A stretch of DNA of 64,000 bases, taken from NCBI RefSeq assembly GCF_001194135.2, contig NC_068996.1, positions 36,477,123 to 36,541,122 of the forward strand, written 5' to 3'. The position numbers and the translations under genes are program-made. Positions 39,517 through 51,972 of this stretch are shown in pieces (the stretch's first letter is position 1; each line of letters begins with the position of its first letter). This stretch comes from Octopus bimaculoides (Eukaryota). Under the pieces are notes generated by a model that saw nothing but the letters and a program-made list of their open reading frames with translations, was not told the origin of the DNA and did no database searches.

Positions 39517-39890
39517 ACCTGAGGCCACCCCTGTTCCTATGACTCCAACTTCCCATAAAAATTTCATGTTAATTTTGTTCCAAACACCAGCTTAATAACA
39601 AGCAAGTTATTTCACTAAATTCTTCAGTAGAAATATCCTATTTATATGATTTATCTCCCAGATCTTACCATTGTGTTCGTCTTCGCTTTTCTGATACCAA
39701 CCTACCTGAGACCATCCCTTGTTCTGTGATACAAACTTCCTCCTTAAAAGTGATCCAAATTAAAACTTTTCATTAAAATTCCATATTAATGTTCTAAACA
39801 CTAGCTTAATAATTACAATGTTAGTTAACTAAATTCTTAATTATTTTCAAAATTAATTGAAATAAAGGCAGTGTATTCCAACAGAAATAT
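39517..39890 (+). mobile_element. Two partial tandem copies of an interspersed repeat (probable non-autonomous DNA element)
   Basis: gaggccacccctgttcc...ttccaaacaccagcttaataa...cactaaattcttca is repeated as gagaccatcccttgttc...ttctaaacactagcttaataa...aactaaattcttaa. Confidence 0.6.
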
Positions 39891-40524
39891 GGGAACAAAA
39901 GTGGTTAAAATCAAGTATGGAACTTTCCTTCTAAATTTTAAAGGAGACCTTATTTCTTACTTAGTAACAAGCTCCTTCTTCAGATCAGAAATTCATAGAA
40001 TAAACACAGAAGAGAATATATTTATAAAAATTTACCTAATTACAAGGGAGGTATCAAGGACAACAGTGCCACCTTGAAAATAAGGAATACTGGTAAAAAC
40101 ATTTCTAATGAATTCTTGTATCAAATTCTCTCTCAGAAGATTTTGTGATTTGCTCTAAATAACAAGAAACTGTATTATAATGGGTAAGTCAGCTGTCTGA
40201 TTGGCAAGTCGGTGAAAAATGAGAACATTTGTAGAGAATTGATTCAGAATTGGTAAATTATGTAATCTGATTCACATTTTTATCATTGGTGCCTGTTAAA
40301 GACCTGGTTATTCTGAAAATAGAAACAGTAGCTTCAGGAATTAACACAAATAACTGAAATTCTGTGAATTCTATCTCCAAGTGTAATGATAAAAACCTAT
40401 ACATGTTTCCTGAAGTTGAGCCTCTTTAAGAACTGGTGCATACTATTTACCAAATATACATATACTATATACATTTATATAATGTATGTATGTGCATATG
40501 TATATTTGTATGTGTATGTGTACT

Positions 40525-40570
<46 letters not shown>

Positions 40571-41814
40571 TACATCTATGCTTTTGCATACAAAACTAGA
40601 TATGCATATGTACTGCTACTCAGAAGAAAGAAAAATAGATATGTTTTATATTAAGATGGAAAGAATTAGGAAAATGGTGCCAAAATTCCAAACCTTCAAT
40701 TACTAGTTTTGAAAGTTTTTCTCTTGTGCTTCATATGTGATATAACTTCTGTTAATCTTGCCTTTTTTGTTCAATTACTGACTAGATTCGTATGTTCCAA
40801 TTTCTTACTTGCACCATTCAGTGCCAATAAAACTTACAATAAAGCAGTTTTGGTGCCAAAAAGAACAACCTTGTACTTGAATGGTGAAAGTTAGCAAAAA
40901 GCACTGGAAGTACTTTTGTTTACAGAGATGTATCTATCCCAGAAGTGAGAGAAAAAAATAGCTGATGAAGCATTTACTGAATAACTTCTGCTTTGCTGCT
41001 TCCAAAATATTGTTAACCATTTTCTAAAAAGCATCATTCATTTGTACAATTTCACTTTAAAAAAACTATTTGTGTGTGTGTANNNNNNNNNNNNNNNNNN
41101 NNNNNNNNNNNNNNNNNNNNNNNNNNNNNNNNNNNNNNNNNNNNNNNNNNNNNNNNNNNNNNNNNNNNNNNNNNNNNNNNNNNNNNNNNNNNNNNNNNNN
41201 NNNNNNNNNNNNNNNNNNNNNNNNNNNNNNNNNNNNNNNNNNNNNNNNNNNNNNNNNNNNNNNNNNNNNNNNNNNNNNNNNNNNNNNNNNNNNNNNNNNN
41301 NNNNNNNNNNATATATATATATATATATATATATAAATTATAGTTTGAATGGAGACAATACATATGGAAAACCACAGGAACAATACCCCATCTCCGACAA
41401 AAGATTTAATATACATGTGTGTGCATATCCTCCTTGAATCAATAATTATACACAATTCTCAGTAGCAAAAATACCAAATGAAATAAAGTAAAATAATATA
41501 ATATGATAAAATAAAATGAAAGTACTCAGGCAGATAAAAACATGTAAACTTCAAAAATATAATGAATGTTTAAAAATATTAAAAATATTTATAAGTATTC
41601 ATAATTTCCGAGCCATATAAAAATATTATCCAATATATGACGATGTAATACGAAACGTAAATCTTCAGTATGATATAACATATAGTGAATAAATATATAC
41701 GATATGATATTACAAAATTTATATGTATTATATTATAAGAACATGTACAATGCAGAAAATAGATATAATATACACTATAACGAAGAAATATGAACTTAAA
41801 TAAGTTGTATAAGC

Positions 41815-42225
41815 ATTAGGTGGCGGTGTAAGAAGCTTGCTTCCCAAACATATGGTTCCAGGTTCAGTCCCACTGAAAGGCACCTTGGACAAGTGTCTTC
41901 TGCTATATCCTCAAGCAGAACCAAAGCCTTGTAAGTGGATTTCGTAGACGGAAACTGAAAGAAGCCCATCATATACATATGTATATATATATGTGTGTGT
42001 GTGCATGTGTATTTAAGTGTGTGTGTCTTTGTGTCTCTGTTTGTTCCCATATCATCGCTTGAATAACTAGTATTGGTGTGCTTACATCCCCGTAACTTAG
42101 TGGTTTGGCAAAAGATACTGATAGAATAAGTACTAGCCTTACAAAGAATAAGTTCTGGGGTCGATCTATGTGACTAAAGACCCTTTCAGGTAGTACTCCA
42201 GCATGGCCACAGTCAAATGACTGAA
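41815..42225 (+). mobile_element. SINE family B, near full length
   Basis: ggtggcggtgtaagaagcttgcttcccaaac...ggaaactgaaagaagccc...ccagcatggccacagtcaaatgactgaaac. Confidence 0.9.
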
Positions 42226-42388
42226 ACCCAGACTTATGTAGTTTAGAGTTGGATGATCAGGCATTGAATTGTCTGTTGTTGTATGTTCTAAGTGCAACAC
42301 CCTAAGCATGAAGCCACACACCCGAACATGTCACATATTACAAGGCAGTGCTCCAGCATGGCCACAGTCAAATGACTGAAACAAAAGA

Positions 42389-42426
<38 letters not shown>

Positions 42427-43479
42427 ATACATACACACATATATACATATATATGCATACACACACATATACACATACATATACACACACACACACACAC
42501 ACGCGCATATATATGCACATATATACGAGATATTCTAATCAATATAATATGAAATTTTTATCCCTACAGCCGTTTCCTTATCCAATTAGTTCAATTAGAG
42601 AAATTAAAGTAAATTAATTTAAAATTTTCAAATTGAAACTGGTTTGGCATGATTACATACACACACNNNNNNNNNNNNNNNNNNNNNNNNNNNNNNNNNN
42701 NNNNNNNNNNNNNNNNNNNNNNNNNNNNNNNNNNNNNNNNNNNNNNNNNNNNNNNNNNNNNNNNNNNNNNNNNNNNNNNNNNNNNNNNNNNNNNNNNNNN
42801 NNNNNNNNNNNNNNNNNNNNNNNNNNNNNNNNNNNNNNNNNNNNNNNNNNNNNNNNNNNNNNNNNNNNNNNNNNNNNNNNNNNNNNNNNNNNNNNNNNNN
42901 NNNNNNNNNNNNNNNNNNNNNNNNNNNNNNNNNNNNNNNNNNNNNNNNNNNNNNNNNNNNNNNNNNNNNNNNNNNNNNNNNNNNNNNNNNNNNNNNNNNN
43001 NNNNNNNNNNNNNNNNNNNNNNNNNNNNNNNNNNNNNNNNNNNNNNNNNNNNNNNNNNNNNNNNNNNNNNNNNNNNNNNNNNNNNNNNNNNNNNNNNNNN
43101 NNNNNNNNNNNNNNNNNNNNNNNNNNNNNNNNNNNNNNNNNNNNNNNNNNNNNNNNNNNNNNNNNNNNNNNNNNNNNNNNNNNNNNNNNNNNNNNNNNNN
43201 NNNNNNNNNNNNNNNNNNNNNNNNNNNNNNNNNNNNNNNNNNNNNNNNNNNNNNNNNNNNNNNNNNNNNNNNNNNNNNNNNNNNNNNNNNNNNNNNNNNN
43301 NNNNNNNNNNNNNNNNNNNNNNNNNNNNNNNNNNNNNNNNNNNNNNNNNNNNNNNNNNNNNNNNNNNNNNNNNNNNNNNNNNNNNNNNNNNNNNNNNNNN
43401 NNNNNNNNNNNNNNNNNNNNNNNNNNNNNNNTATATATATATATATTCATATATACATATGTTTACATATATACAACTC

Positions 43480-43670
43480 GTGCGGGTGACACGTAAAAGC
43501 ACCCACTACACTCTCTGAGTGGTTGGCGTTAGGAAGGGCATCCAGCTGTAGAAACTCTGCCAAATCAGACTGGAGCCTGGTGTTGCCATCCGGTTTCACC
43601 AGTCCTCAGTCAAATCGTCCAACCCATGCTAGCATGGAAAGCGGACGTTAAACGATGATGATGATGATGA
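43480..43670 (+). mobile_element. SINE family D 3' half, with RTE-like tail and (GAT)n
   Basis: gcacccactacactc...ttaggaagggcatccagctgtagaaac...aaatcgtccaacccatgctagcatggaaagcggacgttaaacgatgatgatg. It closely matches 63510-63687. Confidence 0.9.
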
Positions 43671-44844
43671 TTATATATACCCAACAACTAATGCACTAAT
43701 ATATCCTACAACTATTATCACTACATAAAGCTGTGTCAGGTTAGCAGGAATAAAATGGTAATGATTCGAACTAAACATCTTAGTCTTTCAACATTCTGTT
43801 GTGGTTTACCATTTACCGTTCTTCCTTACATGTTCAGTGAAATAAGAACCAGTAAATAATATAGGTCGATAGTTTCAATTTAATGTACTTGTCTTCCTTA
43901 GAATTGCCGTAGTCTTGTGCCAATCTAAAAATGTCAATACGACTTATCACATGTTTATTTATTAGCAAATGTTTATATCAGAAACCGCAAATCTGTGAGC
44001 ATTATAGAATATAAAACGAGATGTCGTAACAGAATTTGGTGCAAGTGTACTAAAGAATCTCGCTGTAATCTTGCCACTATTATTCCGTGGCATCATTCCA
44101 AGAGTTTACTTTTAGCAATCGACTCAACACAGCAGTAGTTTTCATCAATGAAAGCTTCTTAGCTTTCCAAACACCATAATTACAGAAACACTCCAGAGCT
44201 TAGATATTCTTACAAATAGTTCTTTCTTTCTTAATTCCTGCAAGAGAAGATTTGTATGTATTTATGTATGTACGGATGTATATCAGAATCCTCTCTGGTA
44301 CTATTCTCTGGCATTGTGCCATATTGTTTCGGTGAAATAAACCGCACAATAATCTACGTGTTTACTACAACTTATTTCCGTGATCCTTCACCTACTTCTT
44401 TAAAGTTGACCAGAGATAATTTACATAATTAGCTAGGATTAAAGAATTAATTTTCTTACAACTATCTGAGATTAATTCTTCCAAATTAATTGCTCTCATG
44501 ATATCTCTTTGGAATTGTGCCTTACTGTTGTAAATATTTCCACACTGAAATCGGTTAACTACTGAAACATTACTACAATATTCTTGTATCTACTTTTGTT
44601 ATTATCATCATCATTGCTATCGTTGTTGTTGTTGTTATTACATACACTGAGCAGAATGCTTCGCAGTATTTTGTCCATCTTTACATTCTGAGTTCAAATT
44701 CCACCAAGGTTGGCTTAACCTTTTATCTTTTAAGGATCAATAAGACAAGCACCAGATGAGTACTGGGGAAGATGTAATAAATCTATCCACTTCCCCCAAA
44801 ATTTGAAACCTTTATTATTATTATTATTATTATTAGTTATATGC

Positions 44845-45400
44845 AGGACGGATCCGGCTGTCAGGTGAATCCACAGTGAGGATTGCCCTGCTGCCCTCCT
44901 TTGGCCTGGAGGGGCAGGCAATTTTTATGTGTCTAGTGGCTGTAGTGAAAGAGGTAGTATGGTGGACTCGTTTAAAACAGCTTAAGTCACACTCCTCTTT
45001 GGCCAAACCCTCATCAACTTTTTCAAGTTTCATTTGAAGAGGAAAGGGGTTGGGGGAAGTGTTACTTTCTGGCAAGTTTATTGAAAGGTGGGTGAATGTT
45101 GGAAGAATGGTCATTGTAAAAGAACCAGTTCTGAGCATACACCTGTAAAAAAGGAAACTAAAGGAGAAGGGCTCTTGCCATGCTGATCAGGCAGCCATGG
45201 CTTTTGTGGGCTTTTCCACAAGGACCTTAAAGCACCTCTCCCTATTGGGAGATGTTTTTTGTTTTGTTTAATTTTCATGTTATTTGCTTTGTACACGATT
45301 TGATAACACATTGTATCGTCTTGTGTTGTCGTTTATATTTGTACCATGTCCTTTAATATATCTTTATATTAGCCCTTGTGGTCAATAAATTATTATTATT
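44845..45400 (+). mobile_element. 5'-truncated L1/Tx1-type LINE 3' end
   Basis: LVAVVKEVVWWTRLKQLK...GKFIERWVNVGRMVIVKEPVLSIHL* with an internal stop, resembling the L1/Tx1 ORF2 C-terminal KxxIWxxR...FxxxW pattern. It is followed by a T-rich UTR and agcccttgtggtcaataaa(tta)n. Confidence 0.6.
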
Positions 45401-45637
45401 ATTATAGATGTTGCACAGTATATAATATTGTGAGGCTGTTGATTGAAGTTATTGCGTCTACCAGGGGTTTGTACTGTTTGTCAAGACACAACAAGGACCT
45501 CAGACAGACAGTACTTTACGCAATATGCGTGCAGTTCCAAGTAATGCTGACTTTTGAAATATATCTAGATTGTAGGGTATCTCTAAGGTTTACAGATGTT
45601 TTTTTCAGATTGGGAGGATTATTATTATTATTATTAA

Positions 45638-45757
<120 letters not shown>

Positions 45758-45965
45758 NNNNNNNNNNNNNNNNNNNNNNNNNNNNNNNNNNNNNNNNNNN
45801 NNNNNNNNNNNNNNNNNNNNNNNNNNNNNNNNNNNNNNNNNNNNNNNNNNNNNNNNNNNNNNNNNNNNNNNNNNNNNNNNNNNNNNNNNNNNNNNNNNNN
45901 NNNNNNNNNNNNNNNNNNNNNNNNNNNNNNNNNNNNNNNNNNNNNNNNNNNNNNNNNNNNNNNNN

Positions 45966-46010
<45 letters not shown>

Positions 46011-46019
46011 GTTGTTGTT

Positions 46020-46481
46020 GTTGTTGTTATTGTTATTACCGTGGCAGAGTCATTAGATGGTTAGATAAAATGTTGGACATTACTTGTTCCAGCTCTCTGG
46101 ATACAACTACATCCTGATAAAGTACAAATCAAGTAAGCACCTCATGTAATCAATAGTTTCCTTCTGCGCAAATGGCCTTGTGATGATGATGTTGGACACT
46201 ATTGTCATCATCATCATCATCATCATCGACATCATTTATTATTAAAGGCCGTGAGTTGGCAGATCAGACAAAATGTTTATCAGCATTTCGTTCCATTTTA
46301 CATTCTGAATTCAAATTCCGCCGAGGTTGACTTTGCCCTTTCGTCCTTTCAAGATTGGTAAAAGAAGTACCAGTTCATGTACTGGGGTTGATGTAATCAA
46401 CTTGCCCTTGCCCTAAAAATTACTGGCCTTGTGCCAAAATTTGAAACCAACATTATTCATCATTATAATCATCATCATCAA

Positions 46482-46514
<33 letters not shown>

Positions 46515-48260
46515 TTAACGTCTGTTGTCCATGCTGGCATGGGTTGGATGGTTTGACTGGGCTACCATGCTGGAAGGCTGCACCAGACTCCAGTTTGATT
46601 TGGCATGGTTTCTACAGCCCTTCCTAACAGGAATTATTATTATTATTAGTTGTCAAAAATGCTGGCTAATTGTAGTAATACATAAATATGGATGGCAAAT
46701 CAAATTAATACACTTGTCAATGTTATCTAGTCGTTGTCTTTTGAGATATGACATCTATCATCGTTTGTTACTGAAAGAACGCTGGTTCACACATACAAGC
46801 GATCACATACTTCCCTTGTACATGCACACACATACATACATATACTCACACAGAGTTGAAACGCTGTTTGATTTTTCTTTTCAGCGTTTGAATGTTCACC
46901 ATCACACTTCCATTGCACACACGCACACACACACACACACAAACATTCACATACCTCTTTTTTACATGCACACACTTATACTCACAGAGTTGAAATTCTC
47001 CCACTACCAGTTTGCCATCACCCCTTCCTTCCTTCCTTCCTTCCTTCCTTATTCATATGTTTTAACGGAGAAAAACACAAGAGTATTATAGTAGATTAGT
47101 AAANNNNNNNNNNNNNNNNNNNNNNNNNNNNNNNNNNNNNNNNNNNNNNNNNNNNNNNNNNNNNNNNNNNNNNNNNNNNNNNNNNNNNNNNNNNNNNNNN
47201 NNNNNNNNNNNNNNNNNNNNNNNNNNNNNNNNNNNNNNNNNNNNNNNNNNNNNNNNNNNNNNNNNNNNNNNNNNNNNNNNNNNNNNNNNNNNNNNNNNNN
47301 NNNNNNNNNNNNNNNNNNNNNNNNNNNNNNNNNNNNNNNNNNNNNNNNNNNNNNNNNNNNNNNNNNNNNNNNNNNNNNNNNNNNNNNNNNNNNNNNNNNN
47401 NNNNNNNNNNNNNNNNNNNNNNNNNNNNNNNNNNNNNNNNNNNNNNNNNNNNNNNNNNNNNNNNNNNNNNNNNNNNNNNNNNNNNNNNNNNNNNNNNNNN
47501 NNNNNNNNNNNNNNNNNNNNNNNNNNNNNNNNNNNNNNNNNNNNNNNNNNNNNNNNNNNNNNNNNNNNNNNNNNNNNNNNNNNNNNNNNNNNNNNNNNNN
47601 NNNNNNNNNNNNNNNNNNNNNNNNNNNNNNNNNNNNNNNNNNNNNNNNNNNNNNNNNNNNNNNNNNNNNNNNNNNNNNNNNNNNNNNNNNNNNNNNNNNN
47701 NNNNNNNNNNNNGGGGGGGGGGCATTGTAATCAACTTAAGTTCCTTCCCCCAAATTGCTGGCCTTGAGTCAAAATATGAAACTGTTACCATTATCATTAA
47801 TAAGGTGGTGGTAATCTGGCAAAATCATTATTAGCTAATCAGCAGTTTGTCCGTCTTTATGTTCTGAGTTCAAATTCTGTTGTGGTCAACTTTGCCTTTC
47901 ATCCTTCCGGAGTCGATAAATTAAGTACCAGTGAAACACTGGGGTCGATGTAATTGACTTGTCCCCCTCTCACAAAATTTCAGGCCTTGTGCATATAGTA
48001 GAAAGGATTATTATTATTATTATTATTATTATCATTATTATGCAGGCGGTGAGCTGGTAGAATCGTTAGCATGCCAAGCCAGATGCTTAGTGGCATTTCA
48101 TCCATCTTTACATTCTGTGTTCAAATTCCACCGAGGTCGACTTTGCCGTTCATCCTTTCAGGGTCGCTAAAATAAATACCAGTTGAACACTGGGGTCATT
48201 GTAATCAACTCACCCTGCTCCCCCAAAATTGCTTGGCCTTGTGCCAAAATTTGAAACCAT
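46020..48260. mobile_element. Cluster of family A SINEs (46020-46190, 46248-46450, ~47715-48010, 48044-48260) and an antisense family D fragment (46500-46625)
   Basis: Diagnostic family motifs. Copies begin directly after (TAT)n tails. Confidence 0.85.
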
Positions 48261-48759
48261 CGTCTTCGTCATCATCATCATCATTGTGAACATCGTTATT
48301 CAGTATTTTCACCTGAGTTTCTCATTTCAGCAGCAGGTGTATGTGTGTCCTTGAACGTGCAGTATTTGTTCTGTATTTTGTGTGGATGTGTGTTACATCT
48401 AGTGTTACATCTAGTGTTTCAGTGTTTGTAGGGTAGACAGAATGTGTTGCTTTGTTGTTACAGAGTGTCATTTATTCTTAATATGTGAGTATGTATTTCT
48501 GTAAAATATGTGTATATAAAGTGTGTGAGTAGAAAATATGCACCGCATTGAACATGAGCTACATGGAATGTGTGCTGTGTAATGTGTGCATTTTTAAATG
48601 TGTGAAATGTGTGCTGCATGGAATGTTTCCTGTGTGGAACATGAGCTGTGTTGATCGTAAGCTGTGTGGAATGTACATTTTGTGTGTGTGTGTAATGTGT
48701 GCTGCATGGAATGTATGCTGTATGGAATGTATGCTGTATCAGACACAAAGCTAAATTAT

Positions 48760-49420
48760 GTATCTTTTGTCTTTTTATGCGTTACTTGCTTCAGTCGTTG
48801 AACCACAGCCATGCTGGGGCACCACCTTGAAGGGGTTTCAGTCAAACAAATCTAACCCCACCCCAGTACTTATTTTTTTTCCAAGTCTGGTACATATACT
48901 GTTCTTTTCTTTTGCTGAGCCCACTAAGTTACAGGAACATAAACAAACCAACATCATTTGTCAAGTGGGGGGACAGAACAAACACAAGCACAAAGACACA
49001 AACATAAATATCGGAAACTGAAAGAAGCTCATCATATGTGTGCGTGTATGTGTATATATTTGTGTGAGTGTTTGTTACACCCCACCCCCACCATCACTTG
49101 ACAGCAGGTGCTGATGTATATGCCTGTCACTTAGCGATTTAGCAAAAGAGTACTAGGTTTACATAGAATAAGTCCTGGGGTCAATTTCTTCAGCTAATGT
49201 GAGTGGGGTGGGGTCACATCCTTCAGCTAAAACCATTTAAGGTGGTGCTCCAGCAAGGCCACAGTCAAATGACTGAAACAAGTAAAAGAATTTTAAAAAA
49301 ACGTCTACATATTATAAACGCACATACATATATGATGGGCTTCTTTCAGTTTCCATCTGCCAAATCTACTCAATGCTTTAGTTGGCCTGAGGCTATAGTA
49401 GAAGACACTTGCCCAAGGTG
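48760..49420. mobile_element. Antisense family B SINE with a sense family B copy nested at ~49011-49290
   Basis: The minus copy breaks after acaaacataaata and resumes at gatgggcttctttcagtttcc...gaagacacttgcccaaggtgcc. The insert runs ggaaactgaaagaagctc...cagtcaaatgactgaaacaagtaaaagaa. Confidence 0.85.
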
Positions 49421-49978
49421 CCGCATTTGGACACACTGATGTCCCTCTAATTTTACACTTTGGCAAATTCTAGCTTCAAGGCCGTGGCCATGTTGGACCA
49501 CCTAACTTTTGCCATTGTTTTGTCTTTTTAAACCCATAAACCCAGTTTATAATATCAGTTCTTCTTTTCTTTTCATATGGTTTGGCAGAATCACTATCTG
49601 CATCTACTGTCACTCGATGCTTTTGTACTGGCTTGTTTCCTGTGTTTTTCTATCCTTTTATGCCCAAAGTGTTTGTGTACGAGATGCTGCCCATATCTGT
49701 TTTGAAAGCAAGGCGGGGACAGAATAGGTTGTACAATGATATTGAGAGTAAGAGATGCCAATGTTGAACGTCTTGATATATTAAGTCAGATCTACACTAT
49801 CTCGACTATTCATTCTTGTTTCTACTCTTCATCTTGTCACTAATTAATGCTCTTCCAATCTAATACCTTTTATCTAATTGATACCTTAAGCTCATTCTGA
49901 GAATATATACATAATTATGCAACTTGCATGTATATATAAAGATTTGAGAAAATATGTATACATATATACATATATGTA

Positions 49979-50023
<45 letters not shown>

Positions 50024-50416
50024 ATATAGTAAATTAAGACTGTTCTCTCTTTGATGTGTCCACACAATGAAATAAGAATATACTAAACTGAGTCGGTCTG
50101 GTATTTATTCCAGCCTTAGATCCATTATTTGGTTTCATTGATTCCTTTGTTCTGCTACATTAACAGACAATACAAGTTAAGGAAACGGCCACATCCTTGT
50201 ATTAATAAAGCTTATATTGTTAATGTTGTTGTTGTAGCCATTATTACTGTTGCTAGTATTGTTACTATTATTGGCTTCTTCAGACACAGAAACATCACCA
50301 CAACCATTACCACTGCTGCCACCACCACCATCATCACCACCACCACCACCACCACCACCACAACTCACTATCATCACCACCACTACCACTACTTCAACAT
50401 GAACACAGTACATGCC

Positions 50417-50668
50417 ACACTGTGGTACCTACTTACAGCTAAGTAGACTGGACTGTTGACAGGTGTGTTGGTCATGGACTCAGTACAGTGAAGTATATCA
50501 CTGTGGTACCTACTTACAGCTAGGTGGACTGGCTTGTTGACAGTTATGTGTGTTGTTTATGGACAGAGTACAGTGAACTACACCATACTGTGGTACCTAC
50601 TTACAGCTAGGCAGACTGGACTGCTGACAGTTAATTGTGTTGGTCATGGACACAGCATTGTGTCTGTG
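50417..50668. repeat. Three tandem copies of an ~83-86-bp unit
   Basis: actgtggtacctacttacagcta(a/g)g..gactgg...tgacag...gtgttg.t.atggac occurs three times. Confidence 0.92.
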
Positions 50669-50790
50669 AATTACAAATAGCTGTCTTTGTTTTCAAGAAA
50701 TGTTTTAATGAATTCTTAAAATAATGTTAATGAAGAATCCATTGTCTCTTAGAATTTGGACAGTTCATTCCGTTATTGTTTTAAATGTTG

Positions 50791-50837
<47 letters not shown>

Positions 50838-50925
50838 GTATTACTGGTTTAATAGTTAAGGATAAATAAATAACAAAATAATAGATGTAATATTGTGATA
50901 ACATCTGTATATTCACATACACACA

Positions 50926-50966
<41 letters not shown>

Positions 50967-51109
50967 GCACAGAGGCATGTTCACTGACATGCATACACAC
51001 ATACAAAGGTTATACATACAGATATATACACATACTTACACATGAACAAATGCACTGAGGTTCACACTAGCATACATACACATGCACACACACACACACT
51101 CTTTTATTC

Positions 51110-51535
51110 TTTTATTTTATTTCTTTTACTTGTATTAGTCATTTGACTGCAGCCATGCTGGAGCACCACCTTAAAGGGGTTTTAGTGGAAGAAACTGACC
51201 CTCAAGACTTATTTTTAACACCTAGTACTTATTCTATCACACTCTTTTGCTGAACTGCTAAGTTACGAGGACCTAAACACACCAACGCTGATTGTCAAGT
51301 GGTGATGGGGGGCGAGCACAGACACAAAGACACATACATAAATACATACATATATGTATATGTATACATACTAACAACAGGCTTCTTTCAGTTTCCATCT
51401 ACCAAATCCTCTCAAAAGGCTTTGGTTGGCCCAAGGATATAATAGAAGATACTTGCCCAAGGTGCCATGCAGTGGGACTGAACCCGGAACCATGTGGTTG
51501 GGGAGTAAGCTTCTTACCACACGGGCCATTACACA
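51110..51535 (-). mobile_element. SINE family B, near full length
   Basis: ttcttttacttgtattagtcatttgactgcagccatgctgg...ggaaccatgtggttgggagtaagcttcttaccacac. Confidence 0.9.
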
Positions 51536-51599
51536 CACACATACATATATCGTAAATCTCATTTCTAGTAAAGAATATATGAAAGAGAAATAAAATAAA

Positions 51600-51972
51600 T
51601 AAAAACGAGCACTCAGAGAGCACAAATCTCCGCCAAGGCAACACCAATATCCTCTCAACAATTAGTCAGAGATAATTTTTAAAATAAGAATATCTGAAAT
51701 AAACTCGACTGCTCTCACAAACAAGAATACTAAAAATGAAACCAACGTTCTCAAAAATTAAGTAAAAAAAAAAAAAACAGAAAAAATAATCCAGAATCCT
51801 TGTCCAGTATCAGATCGATCCCAAAATGTAATCAGTTAGTGCCAGTCACGAGGCCAAACATCTCTGAAAGTTTCATCCAAATCCATCCTGCGACTTTTGA
51901 GATATTTTGTCCATGGACAAACAAACAAACACTACTGAAAACAATACTTCGCCTTCACTAAGGTAGAGGTAA
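51600..51972 (+). mobile_element. Helentron/HINE-like non-autonomous rolling-circle element
   Basis: 5' subterminal ctccgccaagg (51628-51638). Internal aagtttcatccaaatcc...ttttgagatatt and an (acaa)n microsatellite. Imperfect 3' palindrome acttcgcctt-cact-aaggtagaggt complementary to the 5' motif. This is the architecture of DINE-1/HINE elements. Confidence 0.6.
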
